The notes beneath the pieces were generated by a model, which was given only the letters and a program-made list of their open reading frames with translations, was not told where the DNA came from and ran no database searches. From Deferrisomatales bacterium (GTDB lineage: Bacteria > Desulfobacterota > Deferrisomatia > Deferrisomatales > JACRMM01), in the NCBI GenBank assembly GCA_033551855.1, contig JAWSUI010000071.1, positions 1 through 17,675 of the forward strand: a stretch of DNA of 17,675 bases, in the 5' to 3' direction. Below are positions 8,531 through 15,103 of the stretch, in pieces (positions within the stretch are counted from its first letter, which is position 1; every line of letters begins with the position of its first letter). The translations under genes were made by a program, and so were the position numbers.

Positions 8531-8558
8531 TTGCAAGAACCCGTCTTTCCCCTACACT
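8531..8558 (+). promoter_or_regulatory. Putative sigma70 promoter of argC
   Basis: TTGCAA (8531-8536) - 16 bp - TACACT (8553-8558). Confidence 0.6.
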
Positions 8559-8594
8559 CCGCCCCGCATCCCCACGTCGTCTGCGAGGACTGCC

Positions 8595-9629
8595 ATGCTG
8601 CCTGTGGGAATCATCGGCGCCAGCGGCTACACCGGTGCGGAGCTGCTCCGCCTGCTGCACGTCCACCCCCACGCCCGCGTGACCGCGATCACCTCCCGGT
8701 CCTACGCCGGCCGCACCCTGGGGGCGTGTTTCCCCAGCCTGGGCCACGTTGACCTGACCTTCCAGCCCCACGACGATCCGGCCGTCATCGACCAGGCAGA
8801 GGTCTTCTTCCTGGCGCTGCCCCACAAGGCCAGCATGGCGGCCGTCCCCCCCCTGCTGAGCCGGGGCAAGAGGATCGTGGACCTCTCGGCCGACTTCCGG
8901 TTCGCGGACCCCTCGGTGTACCAGATCCACTACGGCCCCCACGCCCACCCCGAGCTCCTCCAGGAGGCGGTGTACGGGCTCACCGAGGTACACGGCGCGG
9001 CCGTGGAGCGGGCCCGGCTGGTGGGAAACCCGGGGTGCTACCCCACGAGCGTCCTGCTGCCCCTGATCCCCTTGTTCCTGGAGGGGGCCCTGCGGCCGGA
9101 GGGGATCGTGGCCGATTCCAAGTCGGGGGTCACGGGGGCCGGGCGGGAGCCCGGGCCCGGCGTCCATTTCTGCGAAGTGAACGAAGGCTTCAAAGCGTAC
9201 AAGGTGGCCGCCCACCGGCACGAGCCCGAGATCCGCAGCCAGCTGGAGTGGGCGGCCGGGTGCGAGGTCCCCCTGGTCTTCACGCCCCACCTGGTGCCGA
9301 TGGACCGGGGGATCCTCTCCACGATCTACGCCCTGCCCCGCGAGGGGGTGGACGCCGCGCGGGTCCGGCAGATCTGGGCGGAATTCTACCGGGAGGCCCC
9401 CTTCGTCCGGGTGCTCGGGCCCGATGCGCTGCCCAGCACCGCCTACGTCAAGGGCTCCAACGCGTGCATGATGGCGGCCGTGGACCACGGCCCGTCCGGG
9501 CGGCTGGTCCTCGTCTCCGCGATCGACAACCTGGTCAAGGGCGCCAGCGGCCAAGCGATCCAGAACCTGAACCGGATGATGGGCTGGGAGGAGGACGCGG
9601 GGCTGCGGGGTCCGGCCCTGTATCCGTGA
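8595..9629 (+). CDS. argC: N-acetyl-gamma-glutamyl-phosphate reductase
   Basis: GASGYTGAELLRLL, FLALPH, DLSADFR, NPGCYPT (catalytic Cys), SGVTGAG, DNLVKGASGQAIQNLN. ATG 8595 preceded by GAGGA. Confidence 0.98.
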   Translation: MLPVGIIGASGYTGAELLRLLHVHPHARVTAITSRSYAGRTLGACFPSLGHVDLTFQPHDDPAVIDQAEVFFLALPHKASMAAVPPLLSRGKRIVDLSADFRFADPSVYQIHYGPHAHPELLQEAVYGLTEVHGAAVERARLVGNPGCYPTSVLLPLIPLFLEGALRPEGIVADSKSGVTGAGREPGPGVHFCEVNEGFKAYKVAAHRHEPEIRSQLEWAAGCEVPLVFTPHLVPMDRGILSTIYALPREGVDAARVRQIWAEFYREAPFVRVLGPDALPSTAYVKGSNACMMAAVDHGPSGRLVLVSAIDNLVKGASGQAIQNLNRMMGWEEDAGLRGPALYP

Positions 9630-9638
9630 GGGCCGCAG

Positions 9639-10064
9639 CTACGGTCGGGAGAGCTCGATTCGGCTGAGGCCCCGGAGCTCCACCTGGTAGTTGCCGAACT
9701 CGGTGGAGCCGGTGCACAGGAGCTGGCGGGGGAGCCGCCCCTCGAGTACCGTGCCTCCCTCCATGTGGAAGGTGACGGCCACGCCGGAGCCGTCTTCGCC
9801 CCCCACCTCCACCTGCCGGATCTTGCCGAAGGGCACCATGAGGGTGCCCTCGCCCCTCTCGAGGGGAAAGAAGGTCCGCCCGGCACAGCTCAGGAGCTCC
9901 ACCCGGGTGGTCAATCCCTGGCGGTCCAGGAGCTGGGCCGAGAAGCTCTCCTTGGGCCGGGGGATCGTGTCGGACACCGGGCTGCCCCCGCCTCCCCCCA
10001 GGCCGAGAAGGAAGGGGGTCAGAAGGGCCAGGGTGGCTGCGAAGAGCAACGGCCGGCGAAGCAT
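9639..10064 (-). CDS. Hypothetical exported protein (141 aa)
   Basis: GGAGG upstream of ATG 10064; signal-like MLRRPLLFAATLALLTPFLLG, then a Gly linker and a beta-rich body; coding-type codon bias. Confidence 0.75.
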   Translation of the reverse strand: MLRRPLLFAATLALLTPFLLGLGGGGGSPVSDTIPRPKESFSAQLLDRQGLTTRVELLSCAGRTFFPLERGEGTLMVPFGKIRQVEVGGEDGSGVAVTFHMEGGTVLEGRLPRQLLCTGSTEFGNYQVELRGLSRIELSRP

Positions 10065-10274
10065 CGCGGTCCTCCGGCGGAAGGTTCGTCGTTCCGAGGC
10101 ACGGTACCTAGGTAACACAGCGGGGGCCCGTCCACAAGCCGCCGTCCTTTCCGCCGCCCCTCTTCGGTCGTCCCCATGCCGGGTCACCGACGCCGCGGGG
10201 CGCGGAGCCCGGAAGATCCGACGGAGGATCTGGGGCCTGCTGAAGACACCGCCCACCGAAGGGGGAATCACCCG

Positions 10275-10538
10275 ATGACCCGAGAGGAACCCGTCCTCGT
10301 GTACGTGGCCCTGGACCCCCTCGAGGCCTCCGCCGTGACCGGCGTCCTGGAAGCGGCCGGGATCGCCGTCTGGGTGCGCGATCTGACCATCACCCCCTAC
10401 CCGGTCACCCTCGGTCCCCTGGGGGAGCGCCGCATCCTGGTGCCGGGGGAGCGGGCGGAGGAGGCGCGGGAGCTCCTGCGCGTCGCGCAGGAGGACGGCT
10501 TCCTGCGAGAGGGCGGGATCCTCGTGGGAGAGGAATAG
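10275..10538 (+). CDS. DUF2007 (putative signal-transducing, PII-like fold) protein
   Basis: 87 aa with the pattern VYVA..PLEA..V.GVLEAAGI...RILVP....EEARELL typical of DUF2007; purine-rich site upstream of the ATG. Confidence 0.75.
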   Translation: MTREEPVLVYVALDPLEASAVTGVLEAAGIAVWVRDLTITPYPVTLGPLGERRILVPGERAEEARELLRVAQEDGFLREGGILVGEE

Positions 10539-10541
10539 AGG

Positions 10542-10567
10542 CTCATCCGGGAAACGTCCGGGTGGGT
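10542..10567. terminator. Possible stem-loop between convergent genes
   Basis: ctcatccgg-gaaacgt-ccgggtggg pairs with G-U pairs; no U-tract. Confidence 0.3.
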
Positions 10568-10572
10568 CCGCC

Positions 10573-11727
10573 TCAGCCCCCCAGGGCCGCCTCCAGGTCG
10601 GACCACAGCTCCTCCACGTCCTCCAGCCCCACGGAAAGGCGCAGCAGGCCGGGGCCGATCCCCAGGGACTCGCGCTGGCCCCGGGGCATGGACGCGTGGG
10701 ACATGGTCCAGGGATAGGACAGGATCGACTCGACCCCCCCCAGGCTCACCGCGACGGCCGGGACCCGCACGGCCCGCAGGACGCTGCGGGCGCTCTCGGC
10801 GCTCCCCACGTCGAAGCTGAGCACGGCACCCGGCCCCGAGGCCTGGGCCGCGTGGACCGCCGCCCCGGGGTGTCCCGGCAGACCCGGGTAGTGCACCGCC
10901 CGGACTGCCCGGTGGCCGGCGAGGCGGGCCGCCAGCTCGGCAGCGCTTCCCTGCTCGGCCTCGAGCCGCACCTTGAGGGTCTTGATGCCCCGGAGCAGGG
11001 ACCAGGAGTCCTGGGGGGAGAGCACCCCTCCCAGGGCGTTCTGCAGGTAGCCGAGCCGCTCGGCCAGTTCCTCTCCCGCGACCACGGCACACCCCGCCAC
11101 GAGGTCGCTGTGGCCCCCCAGGAACTTCGTCGCGCTGTGGACGACCAGGTCCGCGCCGAGGGCCAGCGGATTCTGGAGGAGGGGGGTCAGGAAGGTGTTG
11201 TCCACGGCTACGAGGGCGCCCCGCGCGCGGGCCAGGCGGGCTGCGCCCCGCAGGTCCGTTACCCGGAGCAGCGGGTTGGATGGCGTCTCCAGCCACAGCA
11301 TGCGGGTGCCGGGGCGGAACGCGGCTTCCAGGGCACCCAGGTCCGTGGCGTCGGCGAAGGTGGTCTCGATTCCGAATCGGGAGAAAACCCCTGTCAGGGC
11401 CCGGTAGGTGCCCCCGTACAGGTCCCGGGCAGCGACCACGTGGTCGCCCTGGGAGAGAAGCGAGAGGACGGCGGTGGTGGCGGCCATCCCCGACGCGAAG
11501 GCGAACCCCGCCGTTCCGCCCTCGAGCTCGGCCACCAGGGTCTCGAGGGCCCGCCGGGTGGGGTTGCCGGAGCGCGAATACTCGTACGGGCCGTGGTGAT
11601 CCGGGTCGGCCTGGTGAAAGGTGCTGGCCAGCACGATGGGCACCCCCAGCGCCCCCGTGGCAGGGTCCACCTCGCTCCGGCCGCCCACCAGGCGCGTCGC
11701 CGGCTTGCACGACCGCTCGCGTTCCAT
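10573..11727 (-). CDS. metC: Cystathionine beta-lyase-type PLP enzyme (Cys/Met metabolism family)
   Basis: YEYSRSGNPTR, ETPSNP, VDNTF, HSATKFLGGHSD (PLP lysine), AVSLGGVESILSYP..MSH, as in Bacillus MetC. ATG 11727 is 6 nt after GGAGG (alternative GTG 11733). Confidence 0.82.
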   Translation of the reverse strand: MERERSCKPATRLVGGRSEVDPATGALGVPIVLASTFHQADPDHHGPYEYSRSGNPTRRALETLVAELEGGTAGFAFASGMAATTAVLSLLSQGDHVVAARDLYGGTYRALTGVFSRFGIETTFADATDLGALEAAFRPGTRMLWLETPSNPLLRVTDLRGAARLARARGALVAVDNTFLTPLLQNPLALGADLVVHSATKFLGGHSDLVAGCAVVAGEELAERLGYLQNALGGVLSPQDSWSLLRGIKTLKVRLEAEQGSAAELAARLAGHRAVRAVHYPGLPGHPGAAVHAAQASGPGAVLSFDVGSAESARSVLRAVRVPAVAVSLGGVESILSYPWTMSHASMPRGQRESLGIGPGLLRLSVGLEDVEELWSDLEAALGG

Positions 11728-11729
11728 CG

Positions 11730-12866
11730 TCACCCTCCCAGGGCCCGGCCCAGGTCCTCGATCAGGTCCTCCGGGGCCTCCAGCCCCACGGAGAGCCGCA
11801 CCAGGTCGTCGGTGACCCCCATCCGCTCCCGCACGTGGGGGGGAATGTCGCAGTGGGTTTGGCGGCTCGGCACGGTGACCAGCGACTCCACGCCCCCCAG
11901 GCTCTCCGCGAAAGTCACGAGCCGGAGCCCCTCGAGAAACGCAGCCACTTCCTCCGCCGACCCCAGGCGAAAGCTCAGCATCCCCCCGAACCCCGAGCTC
12001 TGGCGCGTCATCACGTCGTGCCCGGGGTGGTCGGGAAACCCCGGGTAGAACACCTCCCGGACCTCCGGGTGGGTCCGGAGGAACCCGGCGATCCGCGCCG
12101 CGGAGGCCGACTGCCGGTCCAGGCGCACGGCCAGGGTCTTCAGGGACCGCAGGAGCAGCCAGGCCTCCTGGGGGCAGAGGACGGGGCCCAGGGTGTTCTG
12201 GAGGAACCCCACCCGTTCCCCCAGGCCGGCCTCCCGGGTGACGATCGCCCCCGCCAGGAGATCGTTGTGCCCCCCGAGGTACTTGGTGGCGCTGTGGACC
12301 ACCAGGTGAGCGCCAAGCTCCAGCGGTCGCTGGAAGTACGGGGTGAGAAAGGTGTTGTCGACGGCAAGGAGCACGCCCCGATGCTCGCAGAGATCCGCCA
12401 GGGCCCGAAGGTCCGCCACCTTCATGAGAGGGTTGGTCGGCGTCTCCGCCAGCACCGCGCGGGTTTCCCGCCGCAGGGCCGCCTCCGCCTCCGCGGCCCG
12501 GGTGAGGTCCGCGTAGGAGACTTCGAGGCCCAAGGGCCCGAGGACCTGCTCGAGGGCCCGGTAGGTACCGCCGTAGAGATCGTCGGAGACCACCAGATGG
12601 TCCCCCGGTCGAAAGAGCAGGAAGAAGGTGCTCAGGGCGGCCATCCCCGAGGCGAAGGCGAAGCCCGCGGAGCCGCCCTCGAGCCCGGCCAGGGCCTGTT
12701 CCAGCACCCGGCGGGTCGGGTTGCCGGTGCGGGAGTAGTCGTACCCCGTGGTCCTTCCCAGGCCCGGGTGGGCGAAGGTGGCCGACGGGTGGATGGGGGT
12801 GCTCAAGGCCCCGGTGGCCGGGTCGCTCCCGAGCCCGGAGCGCACCAGTCTCGTCTCGATCCGCAT
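11730..12866 (-). CDS. metI: Cystathionine gamma-synthase / O-acetylhomoserine thiolyase (MetI/MetB-like)
   Basis: GYDYSRTGNPTR, ETPTNP, HSATKYLGGHNDLLAG, FAESLGGVESL..P..QTH.DIP, as in Bacillus MetI. Start at ATG 12866. Confidence 0.82.
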   Translation of the reverse strand: MRIETRLVRSGLGSDPATGALSTPIHPSATFAHPGLGRTTGYDYSRTGNPTRRVLEQALAGLEGGSAGFAFASGMAALSTFFLLFRPGDHLVVSDDLYGGTYRALEQVLGPLGLEVSYADLTRAAEAEAALRRETRAVLAETPTNPLMKVADLRALADLCEHRGVLLAVDNTFLTPYFQRPLELGAHLVVHSATKYLGGHNDLLAGAIVTREAGLGERVGFLQNTLGPVLCPQEAWLLLRSLKTLAVRLDRQSASAARIAGFLRTHPEVREVFYPGFPDHPGHDVMTRQSSGFGGMLSFRLGSAEEVAAFLEGLRLVTFAESLGGVESLVTVPSRQTHCDIPPHVRERMGVTDDLVRLSVGLEAPEDLIEDLGRALGG

Positions 12867-12889
12867 CTCGTCCTCTCCACTCCCCGCGC

Positions 12890-14185
12890 TCACCCCAGGG
12901 CGGTCACGGCTTCGAGCAACTCCTCGAGGGGCACCCGCCGGAGCACGGCTTCCCCCAGGCCCTCCCCCTCCCTGCGCAGGAGGTCGAAGAGGGGGCGGCG
13001 CTCCCCGCCGGGTTCCTCCCCCCTGGCCAGCCTCACGCACACGACCCCGACATCGGCGAGCTGCGGCTGCGCGCAGGAGTTGGGGCAGCCCGAAACCGCC
13101 CAGGACAGGGACCGGCTCCGGGGTCCCAGGGCTCCCGCGAGGGCCCGGGCCACCTCGCGGGTCCGGGTCAGCCCCACGCGGCACTCCGGGCTCCCGGGGC
13201 AGACCCGGAGCACGGCGGGCCCCTCCCCGGCCGCGGCGAGCCCCATCTCCTGCAGTACCTCCCGGACCTCGGGGAGAAGGGCGGGGTCGGACGGGAACAG
13301 GGCCACGTCCTGGTCCGGGGTCAGGCTCAGGAACCCGCCGGTGAACCTGCGGGCGAGGGCGGCGAGCGTTCTCAGGTGGGCAGCCGGGAGCTCCCCCGCG
13401 GTGACCCGCGCCACGGCCGCGGCCGGCTCTCCCGGGGTCGATGCCGAGACCGGGGGGAGCCCGGACAGGACGCGGGAAAGGCCCCGATGGGACCCCAGCG
13501 CGCTCTCCAACGCCCCCCGCCCCTCCGCCCGGACCAGGTGTTTGAGGCGCTTTCCCGGGGGGACCCTGTCCTTGTACAAGCGAACCACGTCGGCTACCAG
13601 GGGAATCACCCCTGCCTCGGGCAGGGCGCGGGCAAAGAGGAAGGCCGCGGTCGGTTCGCGCCCCAGGCCTCCGGCCAGCCAGACGTCCCAGAGGGGCCCG
13701 CCTTCGGCGCCGGAGTCCTCGCCGGCGAGCACGAGGCCCACGTCCTGGATCAGGTGGCGCGCTCCGACGTAGCCCCCGTCCACGCCAACCTTGAACTTCT
13801 TGGGCAAACCCTCGAACTCGGGGTTTCCCGTGAAGTGCCCGTGGATTCGCCGGGCCAGGTCCCGCGCCCGGTCGGCCCCCGGCCCCAAGGGGGTGCTCAC
13901 CGCCACGCCCCGCACGGCACCGCCGCACGCCCCCCGGGAAGTCAGCCCCACCCCGCCCAGGGCCCCCAGGGCGGCGGACAGGTCCGCCTCGGCCACCTCG
14001 TGGAGCTCCAGGCTCATCCGGGTGGTCAGGTGGACCACGCCGTTGCCGAAGGAAGCGGAGAGGTCCGCCGCCGCCTCGGCCTGGGCGGCCGAGAGGACCC
14101 CGCCGGGAACCTTGATCCGCAACATGAACCGGCCGGCCTGCGACTGCTCGTAGACTCCGTAGATTCGCAACTCGCGAACTCTCAT
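12890..14185 (-). CDS. Siroheme/[4Fe-4S] nitrite/sulfite reductase family protein (probably assimilatory sulfite reductase)
   Basis: GVYEQ..FMLRIKVPGG, HLTTR, LPKKFK, GGLGREP, and four cluster cysteines CPGSPEC...GCPNSC. Start placed at ATG 14185 (GAGG upstream), 431 aa. Confidence 0.88.
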   Translation of the reverse strand: MRVRELRIYGVYEQSQAGRFMLRIKVPGGVLSAAQAEAAADLSASFGNGVVHLTTRMSLELHEVAEADLSAALGALGGVGLTSRGACGGAVRGVAVSTPLGPGADRARDLARRIHGHFTGNPEFEGLPKKFKVGVDGGYVGARHLIQDVGLVLAGEDSGAEGGPLWDVWLAGGLGREPTAAFLFARALPEAGVIPLVADVVRLYKDRVPPGKRLKHLVRAEGRGALESALGSHRGLSRVLSGLPPVSASTPGEPAAAVARVTAGELPAAHLRTLAALARRFTGGFLSLTPDQDVALFPSDPALLPEVREVLQEMGLAAAGEGPAVLRVCPGSPECRVGLTRTREVARALAGALGPRSRSLSWAVSGCPNSCAQPQLADVGVVCVRLARGEEPGGERRPLFDLLRREGEGLGEAVLRRVPLEELLEAVTALG

Positions 14186-14268
14186 CCGAGGCCTCGGGGG
14201 GTGTTTCCGGTATGCCTCCGGGAGCGGCTCGGAGGTAGGACACTTGGAATCCAGGAAGCCGCCATCCC

Positions 14269-14286
14269 GCGACAAGGAATTGTCGC
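14269..14286. promoter_or_regulatory. Palindromic candidate operator upstream of the sulfur/Met operon
   Basis: GCGACAA-ggaa-TTGTCGC, a perfect 7-4-7 inverted repeat. Confidence 0.4.
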
Positions 14287-14433
14287 ATCAGTCCTTCGCA
14301 CAATACAAGGCCATGTTCCACGTAGAGTTACGCAAAATTCTCGGGGGACCTTGGCGGCCCTGGGTGGCCGAGGTCGCACCTGCGGTTATGGCCTGTACCC
14401 TCCCCCCTTCCCATTTCAAATTGCGTTTAATTA

Positions 14434-14462
14434 TTTCCCTTCTGTAGGAATGCAGCTAGAAT
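14434..14462 (+). promoter_or_regulatory. Putative sigma70 promoter for the thioredoxin-like lipoprotein
   Basis: TAGAAT at 14457-14462, weak -35 (TTTCCC/TTCCCT), and an AT-rich UP-like tract at 14414-14436. Confidence 0.4.
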
Positions 14463-14564
14463 GATTGTCATTGGGCCATCGGCCCGGAGTCCCCTTCCGG
14501 CCTGGGCGCAACCGAAACCCCAGACACGGTGGCGGGGGATCCGCCACCGGGAGCGAGGAAGAAG

Positions 14565-15071
14565 ATGAGAAATATCATCATTGTGCTTTCGGCTCTCACC
14601 CTTCTCGCGTCCTGCGGGGGCCGGGGGGGCCACCACGGGGGGCATGCGGGCCACGGGGGCGGGTGGTCGGCACGGAGCACCGGAAGCCTCGTAGAGTGGT
14701 ACCGGCTGGCCCCAGGCAAGGAGACGGCCTGGATCCTGGAAAAGCCCATGCTCGTGGATTTTTTCGTTCCCGAGGGGTGTGACCGGTGCGAGCGCATGGA
14801 TCGGGACCTCTGGGGCAATCCGGAGATCGCCCGGCTCGTGAACGAGAGCTTTGTTCCGGTGCGCATCGACCTCTCCAGGAACCTGACGCGGGAGGAGATC
14901 GCGCTGGGTCGAACGTACGACTACAACTACGACTGCCTCCTCCTCTTTCTGGACCACCGGGGGGAGGTCATCGAGGATGCGGGGGGTGGGCGGATGTGCT
15001 TCGCGGACTTCGTGAGCACCGAGTGGTTCCTGGGGCACCTGGAGCACGCACTGGCCGCAACCTCCCGCTGA
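14565..15071 (+). CDS. Thioredoxin-fold (CxxC) lipoprotein with His/Gly-rich N-terminal segment
   Basis: Lipobox LLASC; GHHGGHAGHG; KPMLVDF..GCDRCERMD...FVPVRID, typical of the thioredoxin_7/SoxW-like fold; GAGGA upstream of the ATG. Confidence 0.8.
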   Translation: MRNIIIVLSALTLLASCGGRGGHHGGHAGHGGGWSARSTGSLVEWYRLAPGKETAWILEKPMLVDFFVPEGCDRCERMDRDLWGNPEIARLVNESFVPVRIDLSRNLTREEIALGRTYDYNYDCLLLFLDHRGEVIEDAGGGRMCFADFVSTEWFLGHLEHALAATSR

Positions 15072-15103
15072 GAGGCGGCCGCGCGACCCCGGCGAGACCC
15101 GCG

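Noticed and set aside
8328..8594. N-terminal extensions in the ORF track for argC (also uppP, metI and the 9639 ORF)
   Set aside because: The extensions span promoter or repeat DNA or a neighbouring gene; family homology and ribosome binding sites point to downstream ATGs.
10193..10235. Possible extra degenerate copies of the dispersed repeat here and at 14246-14260
   Set aside because: Only short matches with wrong internal spacing; cannot be distinguished from chance in GC-rich DNA.
14296..14322. sigma54-like TGG...TTG motifs on the minus strand
   Set aside because: GG-to-GC spacing is off by one in both candidates.
14182..14379. 65-aa ORF with 3 Cys overlapping the reductase start (ATGA), as a possible attenuator peptide
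   Set aside because: GTG start without a convincing ribosome binding site, Cys not clustered, no terminator/antiterminator seen; ATGA overlap arises trivially.
14186..14460. SAM-I (S-box) riboswitch upstream of the Met operon
   Set aside because: Conserved ATCAAGAG / GCAACC / GGTGC core not found on the minus strand.
14470..14560. Partial resemblance to a c-di-GMP-I or ZTP riboswitch (ccttccggcct...ggtggcgggg; ggtgg..ccaccgggagcga; gcctgggc)
   Set aside because: The GCAAA/GAAA core of c-di-GMP-I is missing and the ZTP elements are in the wrong order. Only a 9-bp hairpin (14527-14549) is certain; an Infernal search would settle it.
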